From NCBI GenBank assembly GCA_965277285.1, contig OZ255721.1, positions 3,648,001 through 3,712,000 on the forward strand: 64,000 nt of DNA, read 5' to 3'. Shown here in pieces: positions 1 through 10,187 of the stretch (positions are counted from its first letter, which is position 1; the number at the start of each line of letters is the position of its first letter). The notes below the pieces were generated by a model. That model was not told the origin of the DNA. It did not search any database and saw nothing but the letters and a program-made list of their open reading frames with translations. The stretch comes from Abditibacteriaceae bacterium (GTDB lineage: Bacteria > Armatimonadota > Abditibacteriia > Abditibacteriales > Abditibacteriaceae). Made by a program: the position numbers and the translations under genes.

Positions 1-1436
1 TCGAAATCGTTGGCGCAAATGGCGTTTTGCATGGCGATGAAACGCGCGTTTATGAATGCGATGCGATGGTTGGTTTCAAAAATCGCCCGCAAATTGTGGT
101 GCTTCCGACGAGCACGCAACAAGTCGCCGATGTCGTGAAATGCGCGGGCAAATACAAACTGAACGTCATTCCGCGCGGCGCGGGAACAGGTTTGGCGGGC
201 GGCGCCTTAGCTGAAGGCGATTGCGTGATGCTGGCGCTAACGCGCATGACGCAAATCGAAGAAATCGACGTTCCCAATCGTTGCGCTCTGGTGCAGGCGG
301 GCGTCGTCAACAGCCATTTGACGCAGCGCGTTTCTAGTCACGGCTTGTGCTTCGCGCCCGATCCATCGAGCCAGGCGGCGTGCACCATCGGCGGAAATAT
401 CGCGGCCAATTCAGGCGGGCCACATACGCTGAAATATGGCGTCACGGTCAATCATACGCTGGGCGTGGAACTGGTGACGCCCGAAGGCGAAATTGTCTGG
501 CTGGGCGGCAAGTCGAGTACTCGAAACGTCGATTTAACGGGCGTTGTGGTCGGCAGCGAAGGCACATTTGGCATCGTGACGCGCGCCTGGGTCAAACTTT
601 CGCCCGCCTCGAAAAACGCGCATACGATGCTGGCGATTTTCGATGACTTCGATGATGCCGCGCAATGTATTTCCAACGTGATTGGCGCGGGCATTATTCC
701 GGCTGCGCTCGAAATGCTGGACGACGTGTTTGTGCCAGCTATCGAAGCCGCTTACAAGTTTGGTTTTCCGCTCGATGCTGCCGCGATTTTGTTGATTGAA
801 ACTGATGGTTTAGCAGAAGCGAGCGCAGCCGAAGCCGAACTTGCCGCGCAAATCTGTCGGGAAAGTGGCGCGCGCGAAGTTCGGCTGGCCAAAGATGATA
901 AAGAACGCAAGAATTTGTGGGCGGCGCGCAAAGGCGCTTTCGGTGCGATTGGACGCATCACGCGCAGTTATGTGACGCAGGACGGCGTTGTTCCTCGTTC
1001 TCAAATCGCGCCGATGTTGAAAGAAGCCAAGCGTATCGCGGCCAAACACAACATCAAAATCGGCAATGTGTTTCATGCAGGCGACGGCAATTTGCATCCG
1101 TGCCTGATGTATGACGAGCGCGATCCCGAACAATTGCCGCGCGTGTTGGAAGCGGGCGAAGAAATTCTGCGCGCCTGCATCGCTCTGGGCGGCAGCGTGA
1201 CCGGCGAACACGGCGTTGGAATTGAGAAAATCAACCTGATGGAACTGGCGTTCACGCCCGATACGTTGAGCGCGATGCGCGATTTGCGCGAAGTCTTCGA
1301 CCCGGAAAGCCGCTTCAATCCGTCGAAAGTTTTGCCCAGTCGTCACGGCTGCATCGAAGTCAGTCATTCGATGCGCAACGCGCGCGCGTTAATCGAAAGC
1401 GGCAACGCGTTTATGCGTCGCAAAGGTTATGTGTAA
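1..1436 (+). CDS. glcD: FAD-linked oxidase, glycolate oxidase GlcD-like subunit (5' end probably outside the window)
   Basis: PRGAGTGLAGG, APDPSS, TIGGNIAANSGGP, GSEGTFG, HAGDGNLHP and GEHGVG motifs; frame is open upstream to the window edge. Confidence 0.85.
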   Translation, partial: EIVGANGVLHGDETRVYECDAMVGFKNRPQIVVLPTSTQQVADVVKCAGKYKLNVIPRGAGTGLAGGALAEGDCVMLALTRMTQIEEIDVPNRCALVQAGVVNSHLTQRVSSHGLCFAPDPSSQAACTIGGNIAANSGGPHTLKYGVTVNHTLGVELVTPEGEIVWLGGKSSTRNVDLTGVVVGSEGTFGIVTRAWVKLSPASKNAHTMLAIFDDFDDAAQCISNVIGAGIIPAALEMLDDVFVPAIEAAYKFGFPLDAAAILLIETDGLAEASAAEAELAAQICRESGAREVRLAKDDKERKNLWAARKGAFGAIGRITRSYVTQDGVVPRSQIAPMLKEAKRIAAKHNIKIGNVFHAGDGNLHPCLMYDERDPEQLPRVLEAGEEILRACIALGGSVTGEHGVGIEKINLMELAFTPDTLSAMRDLREVFDPESRFNPSKVLPSRHGCIEVSHSMRNARALIESGNAFMRRKGYV

Positions 1437-1481
1437 ATTGACGATACGAGTACTCGATAACGTTTTGATAGATGAAATCAC

Positions 1482-1934
1482 ATGAGAAAAATTGAGACGG
1501 GCGTGTCAAAGAAAGGTTGTTTAAGTGGAGTTTCTGGCTGCGTGTTTTCTATTTGGGGTTTTATCCTCAATATTTGCATCACGCGTTGGTTGATGAGGAC
1601 GCATTATAATTTTCCGATTTTGCTCGCCCCAAAAACCCTCTCGACGTATTTGATAATCCGTAGTCTTACATTTTTGTCGTCTTTGCTCGGCTTACTTCTG
1701 GGCTTTATAACGGGCTACATTTGTGTCTCAAGAGAATGGGTTCTGGCCTGGCGATCTGGCTGGGTGTTTCTCGTCGTTGTCACTGGTTTATCTTTGGTAG
1801 GCTTGCCCATAAGATGGCGACTGATGTTCGATACGTATGCTTTCTCCTTTCTTTGGGCGTTGTCGCTTATCGCGGTTGGCTATGTTTTGCGAACACGACC
1901 TAAAGAACGAAACGATGTAGTATCGAGTATTTGA
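1482..1934 (+). CDS. Hypothetical multi-TM membrane protein (paralog of the next gene)
   Basis: Hydrophobic helices; AT-richer; shares WG..LN..IT.WL and SFLWA.SLIAVGY..R.RPK with 1931-2350. Confidence 0.65.
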   Translation: MRKIETGVSKKGCLSGVSGCVFSIWGFILNICITRWLMRTHYNFPILLAPKTLSTYLIIRSLTFLSSLLGLLLGFITGYICVSREWVLAWRSGWVFLVVVTGLSLVGLPIRWRLMFDTYAFSFLWALSLIAVGYVLRTRPKERNDVVSSI

Positions 1935-2350
1935 TGGCGAAGATTCCTATGGACAAGGGGACAAGAAGTTGCTTAGGCTTCGTTGCAAGTTGCTTCTTCG
2001 CGGTTTGGGGATGCTATCTCAATGGCTTCATTACGGCGTGGTTGTGGTGGCAAACCCAGCAGTTCGAGAAGCAACAAAAGGCCTTCGGTGGGCCTTTCAT
2101 CTCAATGATGATTGGTTTATTATTCGGGTTTGTCACGCCTTACATCTTCTTTTCAAAGGATGCACGCTTGGCACGCCAGACCGGTTTTATCTTCGTGTTC
2201 ATCGTGATGGCTTTGTTTAGCTATGAATTACGCGGCGGTGCAAGTTTAATTGTCTGTTGCGCCAATTATAGTTTCTCGTTTTTATGGGCATCATCACTTA
2301 TCGCCGTTGGATACCTTTCACGCTCGCGGCCAAAGAATGGTGCAGCCTAA
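1931..2350 (+). CDS. Hypothetical multi-TM membrane protein (tandem paralog)
   Basis: Overlaps the stop of the preceding gene; clear similarity to it. Confidence 0.65.
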   Translation: MMAKIPMDKGTRSCLGFVASCFFAVWGCYLNGFITAWLWWQTQQFEKQQKAFGGPFISMMIGLLFGFVTPYIFFSKDARLARQTGFIFVFIVMALFSYELRGGASLIVCCANYSFSFLWASSLIAVGYLSRSRPKNGAA

Positions 2351-2378
2351 TATCGAGTACTCTTTTTTTCGTCGCTGA

Positions 2379-2468
2379 ATGTAGGGGCGCACGGTGTGCG
2401 CCCGCGAAAGTGACAATTACTTCGATATAACTGGAACGCCATAGGGCGGACGCCGCGCGCCTCTACAT
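2379..2468. repeat. GTAG-type REP doublet
   Basis: gtaggggcgcacggtgtgcgccc ... gggcggacgccgcgcgcctctac inverted pair. Confidence 0.7.
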
Positions 2469-2488
2469 TCGTCACTCGTCATCAATTT

Positions 2489-3268
2489 CTACAGCCATTT
2501 AATCAGCCACAGCGAGAAGATGTAAAGCAAACACGGCGGAACGGACGCGATAACGAGCGTAATCGGGTCCCAGGTCGGCGTGATGATGGAAACGATGACG
2601 AAAATCATAACCACGACGTGGCGCCAATATTCGATCATCACGTTGCGCGACACGATGCCGGTTTTATTGAAGAAAACCGTGATAACGGGCACTTGAAAAC
2701 AGGCGCCGAAGACCAGCATCATCTTCGCCAGCAAAATAATGCTGTGCGCATAATCGAACATGGCGGCGGAATCGGGTGGCTGATATTGCAAGAAAAACTT
2801 GAAAAACAACGGCGCCAGCCAATATCCCATCATGCAGCCGCACAAAAACAATCCCGCCGAAAACGGCACTAAAACGCTCGTATAACGGCGCTCGTTGTGT
2901 GTCAAAGCCGGTTCGATGAAGCGCCACAACTGATATAAAACGAACGGCATCGAAATAATCAGCGCCGAAAACAAGCTGATCTGGAAATAGATCATGAAGC
3001 CGTCGGTGATTTGCGGCGTGAACAATTTCGCGTTGTTGTGACCGTAGACGCGCAAAGCATCGAGAATCGGGCGCGCAAACCAACGCTGAATCGGCGTGGT
3101 GAAGTTCCACGTCAAAATCATCGTCAGCACGACGGCGGAAATCGAATAGAGCAGGCGCGTGCGCAGTTCGGTCAGGTGATCGACCAAAGTCAGTTCGGCT
3201 TCGCTTCGCGTAGTGGTTCGAGTACTCGAAGGTGCGTCGGGAATTTCGGGAGAAACATCGGGAGTCAT
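2489..3268 (-). CDS. tatC: Twin-arginine translocase subunit TatC
   Basis: L.DHL.ELR.RL, P.VLYQLWRFI.PAL...ER, F..FQVPV, IITPT.DP motifs. Confidence 0.95.
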   Translation of the reverse strand: MTPDVSPEIPDAPSSTRTTTRSEAELTLVDHLTELRTRLLYSISAVVLTMILTWNFTTPIQRWFARPILDALRVYGHNNAKLFTPQITDGFMIYFQISLFSALIISMPFVLYQLWRFIEPALTHNERRYTSVLVPFSAGLFLCGCMMGYWLAPLFFKFFLQYQPPDSAAMFDYAHSIILLAKMMLVFGACFQVPVITVFFNKTGIVSRNVMIEYWRHVVVMIFVIVSIITPTWDPITLVIASVPPCLLYIFSLWLIKWL

Positions 3269-3321
3269 CGCAAAGATTTTAGCAGATTGAACAACACCCT
3301 GAACGTTTGCTGCTTGTGTTA

Positions 3322-3430
3322 GCGAATGAATTCGCCGCCAGAAAAAGGTGTCGGACTAAATCCGACACGGCTCCAATCACTTCGTGTCAACGAAGGTTGA
3401 GTTGGTTCTCTGGTGGCAAACTCATTCGTT
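3322..3430. repeat. ~110-bp MITE/REPIN-like element, GAATTCGCCGCCAGA family (copy 1)
   Basis: Terminal inverted repeats plus internal hairpins; similar to copies at ~39349 and ~62035. Confidence 0.8.
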
Positions 3431-3436
3431 GGCCAA

Positions 3437-4591
3437 TCAAAACAAAGTTTTCTGTTCGTTCTGGGCGTGCGTTCGCAGCCAAGCGAGCAAATTTTTCATC
3501 GCTGAGGGCAATGCCAAAGGCGCGATCTCATCCCAGGCGAACCATCGAGTACTCGAATGCGCGGAGGATTCTTTCACTTCAACGCGCCAGCATTCGAGCG
3601 CGATTTTATGATGTGTCACGCCGTGCGAAATTGTTTTGAGAGGTGTTTCGACGGCGATGTTCTCGCATCCCAGTTCGTCGCACAACAATCGCTGCAAAGC
3701 GTCCGGCGCGCTTTCGTTTTGCTGGCGCGTCGTGCGTGGCAATTCCCACATGCCGCGCCACCAGATTCCCGCGTCGTGCGAGCGTTGGCGCAACAAAACT
3801 TCTTCGTTGCCTTCGCTTGAAAGTCGCGTTACAAAGGCGCAAACGTCTTGCAATTCGACGCTTCGTCGTTTGGGCGCGATGAACGGCAATTCGTTCTGGC
3901 GATGGGTTTTGAAAGCGCCGCAAAAACCCTGAACCGGACAACTTTCGCACTTAGGGTTTTTCGGCGTGCAAACCAGTGCGCCCAGTTCCATCATGGCGGG
4001 ATTGACAATTGAAGGTGGAAACTCGTCGTTGCAACTTTCGACAACGCACGTCGCGTGTTGCCACAAAAGCGTTTGATTGGCCGCATTCTTCAAATCGCCT
4101 TCGATGAGGAACAAGCGCGCGAAAAGGCGCGCCACGTTCGCATCGACAATCGGATTCTTTTGACCAAAGGCGATGCTGGTGACGGCGCCCGCCGTGTAGC
4201 GCCCGATGCCAGGAAGTTCGAGTACTCGATTCAATTCCGTCGGGAAAACGCCGTCGTATTTTTCGATGATTTGTTGCGCGCAACGATGCAGCATTCTCGC
4301 GCGCGAATAATATCCAAGGCCAGCCCAAAAGGGCAAAACTTCTTCGATGTCGGCACTTGCTAAACTTGTCAAATCGGGAAAACGGTTGATAAATCGTTCG
4401 TAAAACGGCACGACAGCTTTCACAGTCGTTTGTTGCAGCATCACTTCGGAAACGAGTACGCGATAAGCATCGCGCGCGTTTTCGACCTTGCGCCACGGCA
4501 AATCGCGTTGCGCAGAAGCGAACCACGTTGCCAATGCGCGGTCAAACGCCGCATAATCGAAGGTGTGAGTTGAAGAAGTTGGACGAGACAC
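3437..4591 (-). CDS. mutY: A/G-specific adenine glycosylase MutY
   Basis: RDLPWR, VSEVMLQQT, WAGLGYYSRAR, LPGIGRYTA, 4Fe-4S motif CTPKNPKCESCPVQGFC, C-terminal NUDIX-like domain. Confidence 0.96.
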   Translation of the reverse strand: MSRPTSSTHTFDYAAFDRALATWFASAQRDLPWRKVENARDAYRVLVSEVMLQQTTVKAVVPFYERFINRFPDLTSLASADIEEVLPFWAGLGYYSRARMLHRCAQQIIEKYDGVFPTELNRVLELPGIGRYTAGAVTSIAFGQKNPIVDANVARLFARLFLIEGDLKNAANQTLLWQHATCVVESCNDEFPPSIVNPAMMELGALVCTPKNPKCESCPVQGFCGAFKTHRQNELPFIAPKRRSVELQDVCAFVTRLSSEGNEEVLLRQRSHDAGIWWRGMWELPRTTRQQNESAPDALQRLLCDELGCENIAVETPLKTISHGVTHHKIALECWRVEVKESSAHSSTRWFAWDEIAPLALPSAMKNLLAWLRTHAQNEQKTLF

Positions 4592-4623
4592 AACAGCAGT
4601 TTATCAAGACATCGCTTACTTTT

Positions 4624-5118
4624 ATGGATACCGCTTCGCCTAACTACTTTACGTGCTGGGTGCGTTTTAATCAGACGGACATTTATTTAATTTGGTATTC
4701 GTCATCTGATGGAAAATACGATTGCCGCGTTCTGCTTGACGAGAAGAATTGCATTCGCACGTTTGCTGATGCGCCAAGTCTGCGGCATTTTGCCGACAAA
4801 AACAAAATTGTTCTGGAACTGGAAGAACCGATCCTGCATAACTTCGATGTCGTGAAAAGTTGGCTACAAAACCCGAAGCGGTGCCGCGTAAAACATGAAT
4901 TTTTAGGCGTGTGGAATCTGTGCGATGACATCGCTTATTCAGTGAACGATCAACAATTTACTGAGTATATTGACCGGTATAAACGGCTTTGGAGCGACTT
5001 ACTCTGGAGTTGTCGTCCCATTCGCCATAAGCGCGATGTGCGAGTTTTGCGTCGCGTACTCGCACGTGGCATCGAGTTATTTCGTAATCATCTTGCACCT
5101 CAATCGAAGGAAAATTAA
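4624..5118 (+). CDS. Hypothetical protein
   Basis: AT-richer ORF (MDTASPNYF...) whose stop overlaps the next start; start uncertain. Confidence 0.6.
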   Translation: MDTASPNYFTCWVRFNQTDIYLIWYSSSDGKYDCRVLLDEKNCIRTFADAPSLRHFADKNKIVLELEEPILHNFDVVKSWLQNPKRCRVKHEFLGVWNLCDDIAYSVNDQQFTEYIDRYKRLWSDLLWSCRPIRHKRDVRVLRRVLARGIELFRNHLAPQSKEN

Positions 5119-6161
5119 TGTTGAAAGATTTACGCGCGCATTTTCGCGGTTGTTTGCTGGGTTTGGCTGTTGGTGACGCGTTGGGCGGGCCAGTCGAGTT
5201 TATGGACGCGCGTTCCATCGAGAAAAAACATGGTCGCGTGACCGAAATGATCGGCGGCGGCTGGCTGCATCTCAAGCCCGGGCAATACACCGACGACACG
5301 CAAATGGCGCTGCTCCTGGCCGAAAGTCTGGTCGAGAAAAATGCTTTCGATGCCCGCGACATCGCGGCGCGTTTTGTGGCGTGGTTGCACTCCAATCCGC
5401 CGGATGTTGGCAATCATACGCGCGCGGTTTTGGGCAAAATGGCAAGCGATGGCAACGATTGGAAAAGCGTCAGTTCGAGTACTCAACGCACCAATCCGCA
5501 AAGCGCAGGCAACGGTTCTTTGATGCGTTGCCCGCCGGTCGCTTTGTGGGATTTCGCCGACGTTTCGGCTCGATTAGAGCATTCGCGCGTGCAAAGCGAA
5601 ATCACGCACGCGCACCAGGAATGCCAGTGGAGTTGCGCGCTGCTCAACTCGTTCATCTTTCACCTGATGACGGTCGGCGTGCGCGATCTGGCGCTGGAAC
5701 GCGCTTTGAATGAATGCCGCGACGCGCCCGGACATATTCGCAAACGCGCGCAACTTGCGCCTGGCAAAATGAAAGGCGAACTCAAGCCCACAGGTTATGT
5801 TTTAGATACGCTCGATTGCGCGATCTGGGCATTTATGAACACCGAAAGTTTCGAGGACGCGGTGGTTTCTTCCATCAATTTGGGCGGCGACGCGGATACG
5901 ATTGGCGCAGTTTGTGGCGCTCTGGCCGGCGCTTTTTACGGGGAACGACAAATTCCGCAACGCTGGCTTGATGTCTTAGAAAACCGTGAACATATCGCAA
6001 ATCTGGCGACGCAAATGGCGACGCGTCACATCGAAACATTCACCGCGAAGAACACTGAGAGCGCGAAGGAAGAAGAGAAAAACAGCGCGGGCGAAGCAAA
6101 AAGTTCTGAAACATCGCCAAATGACGCGAAAGACGCTGACGCGAAAGTTAGCGCGAATTGA
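5118..6161 (+). CDS. ADP-ribosylglycohydrolase (DraG/ARH family)
   Basis: GLAVGDALG, YTDDTQM, SAGNGSLMR, INLGGDADTIGAVCGAL motifs. Confidence 0.93.
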   Translation: MLKDLRAHFRGCLLGLAVGDALGGPVEFMDARSIEKKHGRVTEMIGGGWLHLKPGQYTDDTQMALLLAESLVEKNAFDARDIAARFVAWLHSNPPDVGNHTRAVLGKMASDGNDWKSVSSSTQRTNPQSAGNGSLMRCPPVALWDFADVSARLEHSRVQSEITHAHQECQWSCALLNSFIFHLMTVGVRDLALERALNECRDAPGHIRKRAQLAPGKMKGELKPTGYVLDTLDCAIWAFMNTESFEDAVVSSINLGGDADTIGAVCGALAGAFYGERQIPQRWLDVLENREHIANLATQMATRHIETFTAKNTESAKEEEKNSAGEAKSSETSPNDAKDADAKVSAN

Positions 6162-6188
6162 GTACTCGATAAGTTCGACCAAAACCCA

Positions 6189-6803
6189 ATGGCGAATCGT
6201 TACGACCTTTTAGCGCCAACTTATGACCAAGTTTGGGCACGTTACAATCGGGCGACGAGCGATGAAGTGTTGCGATGTTTGCCGCAAAACCTTGAAGGTG
6301 CGCACGTTCTCGACGTTGGTGCAGGAACCGGATTCTTCATTGAACAGTTGTTGAACCAACATCCGCAAGTCGGTCAATTTGTGGCGCTCGATTCAAGCCG
6401 TAAAATGTTGCAAGTGGCGCAACGAAAGTTAGCGGAAATTTCGCATCGTCAAATGATGTTCGTGCAAGGTGAAGCCGAACGTTTGCCGTTTCAAGACAGA
6501 ACATTCGATGTTGTCGTCTCGATGAACACGTTGCATTATTTGCGCGAACCGCACAAATTTTTCAGCGAAGCTAATCGAGTACTCGAAAGCGGCGGAACGC
6601 TCGTTGTTCAGGATTACACGCGCAACATTTGGCCGTTTTTTGAAATTGGCGCGCGTTTGTTCGATAAAGGAACGCAGCGTTTGTACTCGCTGCGCGAACT
6701 GAACGATTTGGCGGAACGCGCTGGTTTTCGTGTCGAACGCGCTCGTTGTTTTCCGATTTCTCGCTTTTGGCGCGGCGTTTTGTTGAAGGCAAAGAAAAAT
6801 TAA
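6189..6803 (+). CDS. Class I SAM-dependent methyltransferase
   Basis: VLDVGAGTG, AERLPF.D..FD, RVL..GG motifs. Confidence 0.88.
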   Translation: MANRYDLLAPTYDQVWARYNRATSDEVLRCLPQNLEGAHVLDVGAGTGFFIEQLLNQHPQVGQFVALDSSRKMLQVAQRKLAEISHRQMMFVQGEAERLPFQDRTFDVVVSMNTLHYLREPHKFFSEANRVLESGGTLVVQDYTRNIWPFFEIGARLFDKGTQRLYSLRELNDLAERAGFRVERARCFPISRFWRGVLLKAKKN

Positions 6804-7157
6804 CCGCAGAGTCGCCAAGAAAATTAGATTAGGTGAAGTTCGTCATTCTGACAGGTTGTAGAGAAAGTCGCAAAAAGCAGTAGAAAATGCTCGAAAGTGG
6901 AAGTTGTCATTCTGAGCGGAGCGAAGAATCTAACTGCAGCCAGATTCTTCGCTCCGCCCAGAATGACAAACTTCCACTTTTAGGGACTTTCGTGTACTTT
7001 CTATACAACCTTTGAGCGTAGCGTTGGGCGCCTGTTAGAAAAGCAACGACTTGCTTTTCGCTGGGCTGGAGAATCTAAACCCGAAGTTAGATTCCTCGCT
7101 GCGCTTAGAATGACAAACTTTTACTATTCCTCAATTTCTCTGTGGCTTTGTGGTTAA
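6800..7157. mobile_element. Nested REP/MITE composite (GTCATTCTGAGC REP family containing an ~160-bp TIR element)
   Basis: Inner TIRs aggttgtagagaaagt (6853) / actttctatacaacct (to 7011) enclose a REP doublet and interrupt an outer REP. Confidence 0.75.
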
Positions 7158-7165
7158 TCAAAATT

Positions 7166-8080
7166 ATGTTGATTCGTTCCGAGTTTTCGACTTATAGCGT
7201 GGAAGCGCACGACGACGTTTTGCGCCAGTGGGAGCGCGTGCGCGGCGACAGCGGGCCGCTTTGTCTCGACTTGAGTCGCGCGCATTTTTTCGATCCTTAC
7301 GGAATGTGCGCGCTGGTTTTGTTCATCAATCATCTGCCGCCTGAAACTTTGCCGGTCAAGTTTCTTTTGCCTCACTTTCCACAAGTCGTAACGGACGATA
7401 ACGAGTACTCGAATGGCGCGGTTTCTTATCTCACGCGCATGGGTTTCTGGGAAGAAGTGCACGAGAAACTGGATGCGCGACCCGAACAAATCCCGATTCG
7501 TCCCGCGCGATTGGTTGACAGGAGTGTCTTGCTCGACATCACGATTATGCGTTCGCACGACGCGATTTCGGTCATGCTGCGCAAAACCGGCGAGATTCTG
7601 GAGAACTTAGGGTTTGCGATTACGGCGCGCGGCCACGTTTTGGAAGTGCTTTCTGAATTGTGCTCGAATGTTTTGCTCCATGCGCAAACCGAGTTCGGCG
7701 GCGTGGCGGCGATGCAAACCTACAAAGGAAAAATGGGCGAGCGTTATTTGGTGATGAGCATCGGCGATGCGGGAATCGGCGTGCGTCGCAGTCTGGCAGC
7801 GAATATGGCACTGGCCGAACGTTTGGACAGCGACGCGCAAGCTTTAGGTATCGCGGTGCAAGCGGGCGCTTCTCGTTTTACCAGCGGCGGACACGGCGGC
7901 GGCTTGCCGCGCGTACTCGAAATCGCGCGGCGTTATGGCGGACGCGTCGCTTTTCGTTCGGGACGCGGCGCACTCGCTTTCAACGGCAAAGACGACGAAC
8001 GCCGCGCTTTTGAGTCGTCGCCTTTGAACGGCACGCAACTGCGCATTATGCTGCCTGAAACCAAAATGCACGCGAGTTAA
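7166..8080 (+). CDS. STAS-like domain fused to a GHKL/HATPase domain (anti-sigma kinase-like)
   Basis: LDLSRAHFFDPYG (STAS-like); SELCSNV..HA N-box; DAGIG G1 box; GGGL G2 box. Confidence 0.75.
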   Translation: MLIRSEFSTYSVEAHDDVLRQWERVRGDSGPLCLDLSRAHFFDPYGMCALVLFINHLPPETLPVKFLLPHFPQVVTDDNEYSNGAVSYLTRMGFWEEVHEKLDARPEQIPIRPARLVDRSVLLDITIMRSHDAISVMLRKTGEILENLGFAITARGHVLEVLSELCSNVLLHAQTEFGGVAAMQTYKGKMGERYLVMSIGDAGIGVRRSLAANMALAERLDSDAQALGIAVQAGASRFTSGGHGGGLPRVLEIARRYGGRVAFRSGRGALAFNGKDDERRAFESSPLNGTQLRIMLPETKMHAS

Positions 8081-8145
8081 TCAACGGGAAATCATAGAAA
8101 ATATGACCTTCACAACTTGAGTCAACTATTTGCTTGAAGAGCTAT

Positions 8146-8886
8146 ATGAAAAAGAAATACATACCGAGAAACGTTCGTTTGACGCTTCTGGCAATTTTCG
8201 CGTTTTGGTTTTCCTTTTGGCCACTGTACAACGTTCAACAACAAAGCGAGGCTGAGGTTGCTTACAACTCAGATGAGCTTTTCATCATCGTGGATAACGA
8301 TCTCTTGTTGCATCAAGGCAGCCCGTTCTTCTTCCTACGCGCGCTTTCTTCATCCAAACCATTGAATACAAGGAAAGAGAACTGTTACATCTTTCACTTA
8401 AAAAAGGGCAAACTTACCAAGTTTACCTTTGAAAATGCTGTGGCACCGCAGTTAGCCCTACATGACAATAAGGTCTATCTCCGCGCACTTCCTGAAGATA
8501 AGCAGCCGCGCTTTTTTAGGTGGACGGGCGATACCTTCGAGGCGATCAGCGATGCGGAGAACGTTCACATGGAAGCTGTCGTGAGTGACCGAGGTTCCGA
8601 TACGTTTCAAAATGTGCCAGGTTGGAGTTACGTAAACGCAAATGACGTCTTAGTAACCGCACGAGATTCGACTCAGATTCCCATCAAGCTAAGCAGCGGC
8701 ACATATCAATTTATGATGCGCCAATCTTACTCTCAAGACTGGCAGCGTTATCTTCTTAAAGGAGCGAACTTGCCAGAACAAAGCCAAGAACTTCTTTTTG
8801 TTGATAAGACGCGTAGTACCTTTGTGTCACGAAGTGCATATGGAAAGTACAGCGGTTCAAAGCATTTTGTAGCTTCAATAGGATAG
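8146..8886 (+). CDS. Hypothetical membrane-anchored protein
   Basis: N-terminal TM helix; AT-richer composition. Confidence 0.65.
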   Translation: MKKKYIPRNVRLTLLAIFAFWFSFWPLYNVQQQSEAEVAYNSDELFIIVDNDLLLHQGSPFFFLRALSSSKPLNTRKENCYIFHLKKGKLTKFTFENAVAPQLALHDNKVYLRALPEDKQPRFFRWTGDTFEAISDAENVHMEAVVSDRGSDTFQNVPGWSYVNANDVLVTARDSTQIPIKLSSGTYQFMMRQSYSQDWQRYLLKGANLPEQSQELLFVDKTRSTFVSRSAYGKYSGSKHFVASIG

Positions 8887-8903
8887 TTATTCTTGAAGAC
8901 TGT

Positions 8904-9881
8904 TTAAGACGAAGTATCGCCGCGCCATTTGGCGACATCTTCGGGGCGATTGGGAACACCGTATTTCCAATAATTGAGATAAAGCTTGAGCATCGTCAGG
9001 CCAGCGCGCAAACCAATTCCCACGACGACAAGCGGAACCGTGAGAACGTTCCAGCCACGCGCGTTATGCTTAATGAAATAGCGCAGCATGGCGGCGTGAT
9101 GACGACGAATCGTGGTGCCTTGAATCCAGTCGCTGCTGGCGCCGATGCGATGCGTGATTTGCGCTTGCGGAATGTACCAACGTTCCCAACCGGCTTCTTT
9201 CATGCGAAAACATAAATCCACGTCTTCGCAATACATGAAGAAACTTTCGTCCCACGCCCCGATTTTATCGAGCGTTTCGCGGCGCACGCACAACGCCGCG
9301 CCAGACAGCCAATCGACTTGGGATTCGCAACTGTGATCGAAATCGAGCATCAAATAATTGCGCGTCCACGGATTACGGGGGAACATTCGCCCCAGAAAAG
9401 TGCTGCGGAAAAGTCCGGTGCCAAAGGTCGGAAACGCGCGACACGATTTCTGCAACGAACCGTCTTCATTCAATAATTTCGGGCCGCACGCGCCACATTG
9501 CGGATGATTGTCGAGAAAATCAATTAAGACATCGAGCGCGCCATCGTGAACAACAGTATCGGGATTGAGGAAGAGCAAATAGCGTCCGCGCGCGAACGGC
9601 AAGGCCGAATTGTTACCGCCCGCGAAACCCAGATTGCGATTGTGCGCGATCAGTTGAATTTGCGGGAATTCGCGCCGCACAGAACGCACGCTTTGGTCGA
9701 TATTGGAATTGTTATCGACAACAATAACTTCGATGCGCCCGCGCCACTCTTGCGAAACAATCGAACGAAGACAGGCCAGCAGATAATCGCGCGCGTTCCA
9801 GTTGAGAATAACGACTGAAAGGTCGATCTCCGGCGCACCGGATGGCGTATTCGAGTACTCGTTGAGCGCGACCAAGGGCAT
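8904..9881 (-). CDS. Glycosyltransferase family 2 (WbbL/rhamnosyltransferase-like)
   Basis: SVVILNWN, VVDN, NLGFAGGNN, LFLNPD, FFMYCEDVDLC. Confidence 0.92.
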   Translation of the reverse strand: MPLVALNEYSNTPSGAPEIDLSVVILNWNARDYLLACLRSIVSQEWRGRIEVIVVDNNSNIDQSVRSVRREFPQIQLIAHNRNLGFAGGNNSALPFARGRYLLFLNPDTVVHDGALDVLIDFLDNHPQCGACGPKLLNEDGSLQKSCRAFPTFGTGLFRSTFLGRMFPRNPWTRNYLMLDFDHSCESQVDWLSGAALCVRRETLDKIGAWDESFFMYCEDVDLCFRMKEAGWERWYIPQAQITHRIGASSDWIQGTTIRRHHAAMLRYFIKHNARGWNVLTVPLVVVGIGLRAGLTMLKLYLNYWKYGVPNRPEDVAKWRGDTSS

Positions 9882-10076
9882 TTAAGTCGCGTCCTGAACG
9901 AGATTTTCTGTTGATGGTTCGACTTTGGTCGCTTCTTCAATCAGCATCACGGGAAACTCGCGGATCGGAAAAAGCAAGCCGTCGCGCGCGCAAAGCAAAC
10001 CGTCGGCGCGTTCTTCCAATTCGCCGTGACATTGCGGACACACCAAAAGTTCTTTCAAAGCGGCGTCAAGTGGCAT
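9882..10076 (-). CDS. Trm112/YcaR family protein
   Basis: LKELLVCPQCHGEL...LLC......FPI...PVML.EEA. Confidence 0.85.
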   Translation of the reverse strand: MPLDAALKELLVCPQCHGELEERADGLLCARDGLLFPIREFPVMLIEEATKVEPSTENLVQDAT

Positions 10077-10187
10077 CAGAAATCTCCGAAATAAGGGATG
10101 GAAACCGCGCTTATTTTAGCACGTTCGCGCGTGGCAAAAGCGCATCGCTGTTCCTTCTGACCGCGCGGCTTGTTACAGTACTCGATT

